Shown here: positions 46,201-56,351 of the stretch, piece by piece
How the letters are laid out: every line of letters starts with the position of its first letter
Position numbering within the stretch: position 1 is the first letter of the stretch
Origin: Polyangiales bacterium
Lineage (GTDB): Bacteria; Myxococcota_A; Polyangia; Polyangiales; Polyangiaceae
DNA: 64,000 nucleotides
Assembly: GCA_038231275.1 (NCBI GenBank)
Contig: JBBRLQ010000001.1
Location: 352,001 to 416,000 of the forward strand
Direction of reading: 5' to 3'
Translations under genes and position numbers: made by a program
The notes under the pieces: model-generated
Database searches by the model: none
Told to the model about the DNA's origin: nothing
The model's input: only the letters and a program-made list of their open reading frames with translations

Positions 46201-47393
46201 GCGGGTCGTGGGACATGCGCGGGCTCGCGGTGCTGGGGCTCGGTCTCGGGAAGGATCGATCGGCGACCGCCGACGTTGCCCAGATCGCGCGCGCGGTCGA
46301 CGCCGGGAACGTGGCGCGTGCAGCGGCGGCCTACGCGCTCGGCGAGCTCGACGCGGAGAAGGAGACCGCGACGCTGCTCAACATCGCAGAGGCGTCGGAT
46401 CCGCTGCCGCGTCAAATGGCGCTCCTGTCGCTGGCGCGGATGGCGGGCGCGAAGGGAGATCCTCCGGGAGGGCGCGCGGCGCTCGGTGCGATGGCCGACG
46501 CGGTCTTCGCGGGAACAGACTCGGAAAGCGCGCGCGCGCGGGCAGGAGTCCTCGCGCTTCGCCGCGCGGGGAGCTCGGCGCTCGTGCTGCTGGCGAGCCG
46601 CGGCGCACGTGGAGCGCCGCGCGAGGCGTTGCCGGTCCCCGACGACGCGCTCGACGTGGAGGCGACGCTCGAGCAGCTCGTGCCCACGGGCTTCACGGAA
46701 AAGGAGCGCGCAGCGGCGCTCGTCGAGTTCGCCGATCCGCTCAAGCGCGCGGCGACGAGCGCGCTGTCGACGTCGCAAGAGCGCGCGCGCACGGTGCTCG
46801 ACGCGATGAGCGCCGGGGATGGTGCGTTCGAGCCGTTCGTGAGCGAGGGCGCGCGGCCGGACACGGCGGCGGCCCAGGCCAAAGCGCGCGAGATCGCGGC
46901 GGCGCTCGAGCCGTTCGTCGTCGCGTCGCTGGCGCGTCACCCCGATCCGCAGATCCGGACCAAGGCCATCGTCCTCCTCGCGCGCTCGCCGAGCGACGCC
47001 GCCACCGCGGCCGTCGTGCAAGCGGTGAGCGATCCGAGCGAGGCCGTGCAGCGCGTCGCGATCGCGGCGATCGGCGCGCAAGGCGGCTCGCGCGCGGTGA
47101 CGGCCGTGTCCAAGCTCCTCGCGACGCACGAGAACTGGGCGATGCGGGTGCTGGCGGCGCAAGCAGTCGGGCGCCTCGGCGCGGCCGGCAGCAAGGACGC
47201 GGCGACGATCGCGCTGAAGGAAGCCGCCACGAAGGATCCGTACGCGCTCGTGCGCGAGGCCTCCCTCGTCGCGATGACGACGTACGACACGAAGGCTGCC
47301 AAAGATCTCGCCGCGCAGATGGCGCAAAAAGACGCCGAGCCGCGCGTGCGCGAGACCGCCCGCCAAATCGAGGCAGGCAAGCCGAGGCCCTGA
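43236..47393 (+). CDS. Large exported TPR plus HEAT repeat protein
   Basis: Signal peptide (VHA-QD), Pro/Gly tract, many TPR-like helix pairs, C-terminal HEAT repeats (DPQIR, DPSEAVQ, EPRVRE). Confidence 0.85.
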   Translation: MRRHRNRVLWCWLLAGGLLLSAAPGVHAQDFDPRGRHKPTPKPGPAPKPGPPKPPGPGPGPAPGPGPTTTTKPAPDQGASQGMLIERYTRIVLTQPGSPFPLQRLAQLYRDKDGNLTSLVKDFEARAARSDADQYAATVTLAGVQKLDGRADDAIKTYERAIALKSNDATGLLALARLLQDRGDVAGARTRYEQGLAIQTVAVDKEQTLRTLMGLALDGKDWPGAKGFHAQLVKLQPTSLFVKGELGRELFGRGEFERAEGEFKDLVNAARGDNRALAPALKDLGRAQAKAHKNAEAIATLKQALSVAGQEAAVRAEIYETITEIYRADQQLGVLIQMIEAEHASDFARLALLGALYEETGDAAKALSTYQRALAQNPRHIDLRLKMIRLLQSQGELDKAIAEYEGLIRAAPNNPTFVFEQCDALMQRGDRVRALKLLGELEARASGDEEVLSRLADFYGRIGEGEKSLRVLTRLTQTASNDPSHLVDLGDRYFQDGNHPLAVQTWKRILTSINPRARALAALGDVYLEHDMTQDALQSFREAVSLEPQSLVYKKQLASALERSRSYREARGMWEDLAEKARVANDKLLAREARTRIVALWGMERMLDQQVAPLAARFAKGDIEAGRTLAEVQLHLRKLPEAEATLRKVVEMAPGDEGSYLALERVLVQENKLDQAILVLEKLVVVEPKRARELYQRMAEYATQLYKDDDAIKFAARAVELNPDDAEGHRRLGERYRARQDVEHAIAEFRAAIAKNDRLYVVYFELADMLLARGDADDADRLFRRVIRGAPDEELVARAARLSMQINLGKGTLESLEQDLLPLSIGNPQKTIYRRLLVEIYGNLSFGLVQRVRHGTGKDVEEARAALARVGARAVKPLLDALADADAGQQRVAIDVLGYVQNKNAGPSLFVFATGPADTALRTRAMIACGALRDPGLLPKYEALLFPRADKDAANDATPSDAVAVAATWGLARMGDKRALPLLRKLAQRGSWDMRGLAVLGLGLGKDRSATADVAQIARAVDAGNVARAAAAYALGELDAEKETATLLNIAEASDPLPRQMALLSLARMAGAKGDPPGGRAALGAMADAVFAGTDSESARARAGVLALRRAGSSALVLLASRGARGAPREALPVPDDALDVEATLEQLVPTGFTEKERAAALVEFADPLKRAATSALSTSQERARTVLDAMSAGDGAFEPFVSEGARPDTAAAQAKAREIAAALEPFVVASLARHPDPQIRTKAIVLLARSPSDAATAAVVQAVSDPSEAVQRVAIAAIGAQGGSRAVTAVSKLLATHENWAMRVLAAQAVGRLGAAGSKDAATIALKEAATKDPYALVREASLVAMTTYDTKAAKDLAAQMAQKDAEPRVRETARQIEAGKPRP

Positions 47394-47414
47394 CGCGGGT
47401 GTATCCTGGGCCGG

Positions 47415-47915
47415 ATGCGCGTGCGGCTCGCCCTCATGATCCTCGTCGCCGCCCCCCTGCTGGGTGTGGTCGGCGCGTGCCGCGATCTCTCGCGCTTCTC
47501 GACCGCCGGCGATCACTTCGAAGGCGCCGTCGTGCGCGGCAGCTTCGTTCGCGCGGGCATCGCGGAGGACACGCACGTGTGCCTCACGCTCGACACCGAT
47601 CACCTGCAAGACGCGCCCGGCACGGTGAGCTCCACCGACGGGCGCTTTCAAGCGACGCCGCTCCGCCCGATCCCTCAAATCTGGCAGGATCCGCTGTCGA
47701 GCCTCACCTTCGGCGAAGGGCGCGTGAAGAACCTCGTCTACGCCGTCACGCCAAGCGCCGACGCCGGCGATCCGCAAGACATGCTCGCCGTCATCTCGCT
47801 CATGCAGACCGACGACGTGGAGGTGCGCCTCATCCGAAGCGCGCCCGGCGGGAGCACCAACGCGGTCTTCGGCGTGTTCACGCTCACGCGCCAACGCGGT
47901 CCATGCTCGTACTAG
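47415..47915 (+). CDS. Hypothetical lipoprotein
   Basis: Lipobox VGAC, beta-rich mature domain, overlaps the tsaD start. Confidence 0.7.
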   Translation: MRVRLALMILVAAPLLGVVGACRDLSRFSTAGDHFEGAVVRGSFVRAGIAEDTHVCLTLDTDHLQDAPGTVSSTDGRFQATPLRPIPQIWQDPLSSLTFGEGRVKNLVYAVTPSADAGDPQDMLAVISLMQTDDVEVRLIRSAPGGSTNAVFGVFTLTRQRGPCSY

Positions 47916-48952
47916 GCCTCGAGTCGTCGTGCGACGAGACGGGCGCAGCGGTGGTGACCGGCGAAGGGCGCGTGCTCTCGGACGTCGTGCAGAGTCAGGT
48001 CGCCCTCCACGCGCAGTACGGCGGCGTCGTGCCCGAGCTCGCGTCGCGCGATCACCTGAAGAATGTGGGACCGGTCGTACGTGAAGCGCTCGCGCGCGCG
48101 AAGGTGACGCTCGCGGACGTGGACGCCGTCGCGGTGACGCATCGCCCGGGGCTCGTCGGCGCGCTGCTCGTCGGCGTGCAAGCGGCGAAGGGTCTCGCGT
48201 GGGCGGCCGGCAAGCCGCTGATCGGCGTCGATCACCTCGTCGGGCACATCTTCGCGGTGTTCCTCGATCGCGGCGAGGCGCGCGAGCTGCCGGGCTTTCC
48301 GTTCGTCGCGCTCCTCGTCTCCGGCGGACACACGGCGATCTACAAGGTCGACGCGCCGCGCGCGGACGCGATCACCGAGCTCGGCGGCACGCGCGACGAC
48401 GCCGCGGGCGAGGCGTTCGACAAAGTCGGCAAGCTCCTGGGACTCGGGTATCCGGGCGGACCGGTCATCGATCGCCTCGCGGCCGACGGCGATCCGAAGC
48501 GCTTCCCGCTCGAGGCGCCGATGCTCCACACGAAGACGCTCGACATGAGCTTCTCGGGCATCAAGACGCGGATCGCGCATTTGGTGGAGGCGGGCCTGCC
48601 GCCGGGCGACGCCGCGATCGCCGACGTGTGCGCGTCGTTCCAGGCCGCGGTCGTCGAGGTGCTCGTGAAGAAGACGCTCCTCGCGGCAGAGTCGCACGGT
48701 GTCGTGGACGTGGTGCTCGGCGGAGGCGTCGCCGCGAACCGCGCACTGCGGAGCCGCTTGTCCGCGGAGGCGATATCACGCGGGATGCGCGCGTTCGTGC
48801 CTCCGTTCGCGTCGTGCACGGACAACGCAGCCATGATCGCGTACGCCGGCGCCCTGCGCAGCGCGTCCGGCGCGCAGGACGGTTGGGATCTCGTGGCGAC
48901 GAGCGCGACGGTCCTGCCGCGCGTCACCCGAAAAGGGCGGGGAGACCGATGA
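47903..48952 (+). CDS. tsaD: tRNA N6-adenosine threonylcarbamoyltransferase
   Basis: LGLESSCDET, GGVVPELASRDH, HLVGH, LVSGGHT, DDAAGEAFDK, GGVAAN, CTDNAAMIA. Confidence 0.97.
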   Translation: MLVLGLESSCDETGAAVVTGEGRVLSDVVQSQVALHAQYGGVVPELASRDHLKNVGPVVREALARAKVTLADVDAVAVTHRPGLVGALLVGVQAAKGLAWAAGKPLIGVDHLVGHIFAVFLDRGEARELPGFPFVALLVSGGHTAIYKVDAPRADAITELGGTRDDAAGEAFDKVGKLLGLGYPGGPVIDRLAADGDPKRFPLEAPMLHTKTLDMSFSGIKTRIAHLVEAGLPPGDAAIADVCASFQAAVVEVLVKKTLLAAESHGVVDVVLGGGVAANRALRSRLSAEAISRGMRAFVPPFASCTDNAAMIAYAGALRSASGAQDGWDLVATSATVLPRVTRKGRGDR

Positions 48953-49000
48953 CGCGACGACGCGGCGACGGCGCGGGCGGCGTGCGGGCGCTGATTGCGT

Positions 49001-50575
49001 TCAGTTTAGCGTGCACATCGAGACGTTCATGGTGTCGAGGGATCCCTGGATGCCGACGGTCCCCTTCGGGTTGCCCGCGCATGCGCCGCGCGTGAGCGTC
49101 GCGTTGGTGGTCGAACAGTCGAGCGCGGGGCCGAAGACGTTGCCCGCCGCCTTCAGCGTCTGAGGGAGCGACGCCGGCGCGTCGACGAGCGCGAGGCAGA
49201 GCCCCACGCCCTGATTGAAGGCCGACGGATCCTGGAGCACGTTCTTCCCGTACGACGGAGATGCGCCCGCCGCGCCGAGATCGATGCGCGCGATGTCGTC
49301 GTAGTCTTGCCCTGCGGTACCGCTGGCGTTGCCCGACACGCGGACGCCGTCGACGCCGTTCTTCAGGAACACGCTGTTTCGCAGCCGGAGCGCCGAGCCG
49401 CCGAGCACCTCGAGGCCCATGGACGCGTTGGTCGACGCGACGAGGCCATCGATCGAGCTCGCGGGCGGGAACGGCGCGCCAAGGACGAGATTCTGCTGGA
49501 CCACAACGCCCTGATCGCCGTTCTTCACCGCGACGACGGTGCCGGCGCCGAGCGCGCTGACGGAAGGCGCCCCGACGAGCGTGATCGATCCGTTCTCGCG
49601 GACGTCGATGCCTGGCCCCTGGTTCTGCGAGAAGCTCGTCGGCGATCCGATCGTGCCGCCCGTGATGCTGACCATCGCCGCGCCGAGGACGCGGAGCCCG
49701 GGCGCGGGCTGGCCGTTCGTGCCGTTCTGAGACAACGTCGCGCCGCCGCCGATCGCGAGGGCGCCGCCTTGGGCGCGGACACCGGCGAGCCGAAAGCCGG
49801 TGATGTCCACCGCGAGGATCGTGCTGTCGGCGCCGTCGGACGCGACAATCCCATGGAGCGCGGTCGCGCCTTGTCCGTCGAGGGCGAGGTTTCGCAGCGC
49901 GGAGCCGCTCGTCGCGAAGACGACCCCGCTCGCGCCCGCGGGGACGCGTACGCGCACGTTGGTTCCGGCGGCGCCGCGAATCTCGACGTTCGCGGGGACG
50001 TCGATAGGGAACGTCTCGCCCGCCCCCACGTCGGAGGTGACGTCGATGACGATTTGCGTACCGGCTGGCGCGCTCACAGGCAGGAGCGAGAGCGCGTTCG
50101 TGATCGTCTTGAGCGCGCAGCCGCTCGACGGCCGTCCGCCTACCGTGCCGCTGCCTGTGCTTGACGGTGCGTCGCTCCCGTTCACGGGATCTACGTGAAA
50201 GTGAAACGGCGCGCCAACCGCGTCGCACGCGGCGTCGGCAGCATCGACGGGCGCATCGATCGGCGCGTCTCCCGGTGCATCGACGGACGTGTCGGCGACG
50301 GCGTCGATCGGCGCATCGATCGGCGCGTCCTTCGAGGCGTCGGCGCCCGTGTCTTTTCGACCTCCGTCGTTCGGTGACGCGTCGACCGTCGCGTCCTCGC
50401 CGCCCGCGTCGACCGTCGCGTCGATCGGCGTCACGTCGGCGCCTGCGTCGACGCTCGACGGCGCGTCCTCGCCGGCGTCGTCGTCCGTGATGAGCCCGGC
50501 GCCATCGGTTCCCCCACAGCCCCACGCTCCCACGACGAGGAGCGACACCGCGACGCCGAGCCCGAGCTTCCCCAT
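49001..50575 (-). CDS. DUF1565/right-handed beta-helix lipoprotein
   Basis: AWGC lipobox, DA-repeat linker, HVDPVNGSD...LKTITNAL, GETFPI, N-G-x-G beta-helix repeats. Confidence 0.8.
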   Translation of the reverse strand: MGKLGLGVAVSLLVVGAWGCGGTDGAGLITDDDAGEDAPSSVDAGADVTPIDATVDAGGEDATVDASPNDGGRKDTGADASKDAPIDAPIDAVADTSVDAPGDAPIDAPVDAADAACDAVGAPFHFHVDPVNGSDAPSSTGSGTVGGRPSSGCALKTITNALSLLPVSAPAGTQIVIDVTSDVGAGETFPIDVPANVEIRGAAGTNVRVRVPAGASGVVFATSGSALRNLALDGQGATALHGIVASDGADSTILAVDITGFRLAGVRAQGGALAIGGGATLSQNGTNGQPAPGLRVLGAAMVSITGGTIGSPTSFSQNQGPGIDVRENGSITLVGAPSVSALGAGTVVAVKNGDQGVVVQQNLVLGAPFPPASSIDGLVASTNASMGLEVLGGSALRLRNSVFLKNGVDGVRVSGNASGTAGQDYDDIARIDLGAAGASPSYGKNVLQDPSAFNQGVGLCLALVDAPASLPQTLKAAGNVFGPALDCSTTNATLTRGACAGNPKGTVGIQGSLDTMNVSMCTLN

Positions 50576-50586
50576 GATCCCTCAGA

Positions 50587-50724
50587 CTAGAAGAAAATCA
50601 GGGCGTCGTGCACGTCTGCACGTTCAGCGTGTTTCGTCAGCAGCGCGACCGTGGCGGTGCAGTCGTATTGCTGCGCGGCGCCACCGCCGATGGTGCCCAT
50701 CCACGCATTGCCCATGAGATTCAT
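50587..50724 (-). pseudogene. Possible remnant of the 3' end of a paralogous beta-helix gene
   Basis: MNLMGNAW...YDCTATVALLT and, after a +1 shift, NTLNVQTCTTP-stop parallel the C-terminus of CDS 49001-50575. Confidence 0.35.
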
Positions 50725-50744
50725 CTGTTGGTCCCGAAAAGCAC

Positions 50745-50782
50745 AACGCGTGCCCCCCGCCCGAGGCGGAGGAGCACGCGTT
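50745..50782 (-). terminator. Hairpin after the PilZ gene
   Basis: AACGCGTGC...GCACGCGTT arms with inner CCGCC/GGCGG pairing, followed by GTGCTTTT on the minus strand. Confidence 0.6.
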
Positions 50783-50802
50783 CATTTGCGAGGCGCCGGA
50801 TC

Positions 50803-52611
50803 TCAGTCGTGCTTGTTTGCGCCGGATTTGTGGGCCTTGCCGTGCGGCTTCGCGCCCCCTTCTTGATGCTTCGCCTGGACGGCGTGGGTGCCACCGGCCT
50901 TTCCATCGTTCACTTGTCCGATGGGCGCGAGCGCGATCTCGAGGGTGTCACCGTGTGCGCGCACCTGGTAGTTCGGCACCCCGTCCTTGAAGGCGACTGT
51001 GAGCTCGGCGCCGTTCGCTTCGTTCGAGACGTGGATGGAGGCGATGCGGCTGTCGCGCGAGGCGAGCGGACCGGCCGGCTCGAGCGAGCGGTGGCCGGGG
51101 ATGACGACGCTGAAGCCGGTCGGCTGCGACGCGCCTTCGAGCTTTTCGATCGCGCCGTCCATCTTCAGGTGGAGCACGTTGCCGTGCGCGACGGGTCCGT
51201 TGCCGAAGGGGGCGACCTTCTTCTTGGGGCTCTTCGCCTCCTTGTCGTCCTTCGCGGCGGGCGACAGGCTCATCGGATCAGGCGGCGTCATCGGCGACGT
51301 CAACGTCGGCGTGAGCGAGTCGGAGCCCGGCGGCGAGAGCGGCGCGGGCGTGATGGGAACGTTCATCGGCGCGTCGGGCGGCGGGACCGCGGCGAGCGGG
51401 GCCTGGGGTGCGGGCTTCTTCAGCGCGACGAACGCGAGGATGGCCGCGACGCCGACCGAGCTGGCGATGATCGCGCGGCGCTTGGTGAAGGGAGACTTCT
51501 TCGTGAACGCCTCTTCCTTCATCTCGATCTCGGGCTCGCTGCGAATGACTTTGCGACCCGACGCGTGAAGCGCGCCACCGGGCGGCGGTGCGGTGGTGCG
51601 ACGGAACGGAATGGCGACGTCGTCTTTGCTCCCACCGGCGCGCTTCGCCGCGAGGAGGGCCATCGTGACTTTGGCGCGCGTCATCATCGCGGCGAACGCA
51701 GGGCCGACCTTCGCGGCGCCGCGCGCGATGGCGCCGCGCATCTTGCTCGAGGCCTCTTCCATGGAGAGATCTTCGTTGGCGGCGGCGGTGGGCTGCGGCG
51801 CTGCGGGCGCGGGGTGCGCGTCGGCGGCGGCGTGCGCCTCTTCGTTGGGCGCGCTCTCTTCGGGGACGTCCTCTTCGGGAGCGGATTCCTCGTCGTGTGC
51901 CGACGCGTGCATCGGGGCTTCGTTCCCCTCGTTCGTGTCGTGCTCCTCGGCATCGTGCGCGTGCGCCTCGTGCTCTTCCGCCTCGGCCTCGTGCACGGCG
52001 TGAGCGGGGACGTCGTCGTAGCGGAGCGTCACGACGAGCTGCGGGACGCGGGTCTCGCGATCGATCTCGACTTCGACGCGGTCGATGCACGCAGGGCGCT
52101 TGGCGCCGGACTGCGCGTCTTCGAGCTCGAGCTGCTTGCCGACCTGGAGGAACCCGAGCTCGCTGAACGCAGTGACCTCGGTGCCGCTCGACACCTTCAC
52201 GCGCGCGCGCATCGGAGACGCGAGGCCCTCGATGTGGAGGCGGACGCGCGATCCGGTCGCCTGATCGACGTGGCGTGGAGGAGCGCCCATGCCGAGGATA
52301 CGTCCGAGCGCGGCGACCGCTTCGCCGTCGAGTCCGGTGAACCGCGCGCCGAACTCGCCGCCCTTCCCCTCCTCTTGTTTCCAGGTCACCTCGCCTTGCG
52401 CGGTGACCTGGCGGTCCGGTCCGGCGTCGAAGCGGAACAGCAGAGGTTGACCGACCTCCGGCAGGTAGGCGGTGCGCAGGTGCATGCCTTCCTCCGAGAT
52501 GTCGATGGCCTGGGCCTCGAACGACGGGCCGAGCTCGCCGCCGACCTCGACCAACGCATCAAACGGCACGCGCGTCGTCCCGGCAGCGCGGCGATCACCC
52601 TGGTGGCTCAT
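50803..52611 (-). CDS. Membrane-anchored PilZ-domain protein with periplasmic AMIN-like domain
   Basis: DRR...TRVP and DISEEG PilZ motifs, acidic/His linker, TM (IIASSVGVAAILAFVAL), Pro linker, beta-rich C-terminus. SD GGAGG. Confidence 0.8.
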   Translation of the reverse strand: MSHQGDRRAAGTTRVPFDALVEVGGELGPSFEAQAIDISEEGMHLRTAYLPEVGQPLLFRFDAGPDRQVTAQGEVTWKQEEGKGGEFGARFTGLDGEAVAALGRILGMGAPPRHVDQATGSRVRLHIEGLASPMRARVKVSSGTEVTAFSELGFLQVGKQLELEDAQSGAKRPACIDRVEVEIDRETRVPQLVVTLRYDDVPAHAVHEAEAEEHEAHAHDAEEHDTNEGNEAPMHASAHDEESAPEEDVPEESAPNEEAHAAADAHPAPAAPQPTAAANEDLSMEEASSKMRGAIARGAAKVGPAFAAMMTRAKVTMALLAAKRAGGSKDDVAIPFRRTTAPPPGGALHASGRKVIRSEPEIEMKEEAFTKKSPFTKRRAIIASSVGVAAILAFVALKKPAPQAPLAAVPPPDAPMNVPITPAPLSPPGSDSLTPTLTSPMTPPDPMSLSPAAKDDKEAKSPKKKVAPFGNGPVAHGNVLHLKMDGAIEKLEGASQPTGFSVVIPGHRSLEPAGPLASRDSRIASIHVSNEANGAELTVAFKDGVPNYQVRAHGDTLEIALAPIGQVNDGKAGGTHAVQAKHQEGGAKPHGKAHKSGANKHD

Positions 52612-52732
52612 GGACACATCCTCCGACTTTCCGGATAGGTCGAGTCGCGCGCTCGGGCCAAGTTTCGCTCGGCGAAAGAAGAAGATTTCGCGTCCCATCT
52701 CGGCCGTTTCGGGCGATGCTGGTTCCGCCATC

Positions 52733-54670
52733 GTGCCGAGTCTCCGAGGGTTGCGGCTTCGTTTTCTGGGGGCGTGGGCTTGGCGCGCGTGGCTCGCCGC
52801 CCTGCTCGTCCTCGCGTGCGGAACGAGCGCGCTCAAGCGGCCGGCGGACGTGTCGACGCGCGTGCTCGAGGACGTCCTCGGCGGCGCGCCCGACCTCGCG
52901 CTCACGCTGCGCCTCGGTCGTGCGATGGCGGACTCGCTCTACGGTCCGATCCTGAGGTGCGCGATCGCGCACGGCGCCTCCGCGAGCGCGGCGGCCGATC
53001 TCGCCACGCAAGCCGAGTCGGTCGACGTGTGGATCAAGGACGACGCTCCCGCGCTCGATCAGACGAGCATCGTCGTCGTCGCGCGCGGCGTTTCCGCGTT
53101 CTCGCCGTCCGCGTACGTGCAGGACGACGGGCGCGCAGAGTGGGCGATGGGCAAGCCGCTGCGCTCGGGCGTCGTCGAGCACGCACCGCTCGCGAGCGGT
53201 CACGGCACATGGCTGTACGTCTTGCCGGATCGAACGATCGTGTTCGCGCGCGGCCGCGCGGTGGACCACGCGCGCGCGCATTTCACGACGGCGGCGGTCG
53301 CGCCCGGCCCGCTCGAGAATGATCCGAGCGCGCTCGCGGTCGCGTGGGCTGCGGGACCGCTGGCCGTGCGAATGGGCGGCGAGCTCGGTCGCGAGATCGA
53401 CGGCGTCACGACCGCGGGCTTCACGTTGCCGCCGGGGCCCGACAGCGCGGTCGTCGTCCGGCTCCAGGCGGAGAGCGAGCGACGCGCGGTTGCGATCGAG
53501 CAGCGCGTCCGCGATTGGGGCGTGCGCGACGTGTGCCCGATGTGCCGTGCGCTGGCGCGCTACGTCCACGTGGAGCGTGTCGGCGCGCTCCTCCGCCTCG
53601 ACGTGCGCGCGCCCGCCGCCCAGATCGACGATCTTCGTCAAGCGGCGTGCGCGGCGGGCAAGCCGGTGGAGCACGTCACTTCCCCGCTCCCGCCCGATCC
53701 CACGCAGCCTCCGCTCGCGCCGCCGCGCATCGCCTTCGTCGGCGGAAAGGACGTCACCTTCGCGTGGGCCCCCACCGAGCAAAAGCCCGGCGAGGCCGCA
53801 CTGGTGCTCGGCATGTACGACGAGCGGGGCAAGCTCCTACGGCGCCTCGACGCGACCGGCGGCGCCTGGCACATGCACGGCGACAACGCGCTCGACCTGA
53901 CGCTCGAGCACGTCGTCGTGGGCGGACGCGTCGTCGTCCACGACACCACGTACGCGAAGCACGACGACGAAGCGCTCTGGATTTTCGACGCCGCGACCGG
54001 AAAAAAGACGGGCGGAGTCGTCGTGCAAGCGCGCGGACGCCTCTGCGCGTCACCGACCGAGCCGCTCGTGTTCGTGGAGGACGACGACGCTGCGCGCCAA
54101 ACGATGCTGCACGCCGACACCGGCGCGTTCGAGAAGAGCGCGCGCCCCGCGTGGTGTCCTCCGCGTCCGAAGATAGGCCCCTGCGCGCAGCCCGCCACCA
54201 CCGCGTCGTGCCTCGGCACCGACGCCGCCCCGCGCGTCCCCGAGCTCGCCGCTCACTACGTCCTCGCGCTCGGCGACGACGCCGTCGTCCTCGGCGAGCG
54301 CTCCGAAGGCGGAAGACACGTGGCGATGGCGGTCGGCTTCGACGTCGCGACCCGCGCCGTTCGTTGGACTCGGATCCTCCCGGCGAGCAGCAAGGACGTC
54401 GCCGACGAAGGCTCACCACGCATCGCCGATGTCGCCTACGGCACGCTCCTCGTGGAGTTCGACGAGTGGCACGGCAAGTGGAAGCTCCTCGCGCTCGACG
54501 TGAAGTCCGGCAAGACGAAATGGGAGACGCCCCTCCGCGCCCCCGCCTACTTCGGAGTCTCCCCGACCCGCGTCTGGTTCGCCGACGTCGAGCACCACCC
54601 GGGCGAGAAACCAGAGCTCACCACCCTCCTCCACGCCCTCGACCTAGAGACCGGCAAACCGCCGCCTTGA
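52733..54670 (+). CDS. Lipoprotein with C-terminal PQQ-like beta-propeller repeats (start uncertain)
   Basis: LVLAC lipobox, FDAATGK, FDVATRAVRW, LDVKSGKTKWE, LDLETGK repeats. Confidence 0.7.
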   Translation: MPSLRGLRLRFLGAWAWRAWLAALLVLACGTSALKRPADVSTRVLEDVLGGAPDLALTLRLGRAMADSLYGPILRCAIAHGASASAAADLATQAESVDVWIKDDAPALDQTSIVVVARGVSAFSPSAYVQDDGRAEWAMGKPLRSGVVEHAPLASGHGTWLYVLPDRTIVFARGRAVDHARAHFTTAAVAPGPLENDPSALAVAWAAGPLAVRMGGELGREIDGVTTAGFTLPPGPDSAVVVRLQAESERRAVAIEQRVRDWGVRDVCPMCRALARYVHVERVGALLRLDVRAPAAQIDDLRQAACAAGKPVEHVTSPLPPDPTQPPLAPPRIAFVGGKDVTFAWAPTEQKPGEAALVLGMYDERGKLLRRLDATGGAWHMHGDNALDLTLEHVVVGGRVVVHDTTYAKHDDEALWIFDAATGKKTGGVVVQARGRLCASPTEPLVFVEDDDAARQTMLHADTGAFEKSARPAWCPPRPKIGPCAQPATTASCLGTDAAPRVPELAAHYVLALGDDAVVLGERSEGGRHVAMAVGFDVATRAVRWTRILPASSKDVADEGSPRIADVAYGTLLVEFDEWHGKWKLLALDVKSGKTKWETPLRAPAYFGVSPTRVWFADVEHHPGEKPELTTLLHALDLETGKPPP

Positions 54671-54692
54671 TCTTTGAATCGCCCGTGGCGAT

Positions 54693-54699
<7 letters not shown>
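54671..54699. terminator. Perfect 13-bp hairpin between convergent genes (bidirectional terminator candidate)
   Basis: TCTTTGAATCGCC-CGT-GGCGATTCAAAGA. Confidence 0.75.
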
Positions 54700-56258
<1,559 letters not shown>

Positions 56259-56351
56259 GGGGGCCCTTATAGCCTGTGATCCCGCTGTCAGTCCTCAGTT
56301 TGGACGTCTGGTATCTTATGGGTAAGGCCCGTAATCTCGAGGTTCTCCCCC

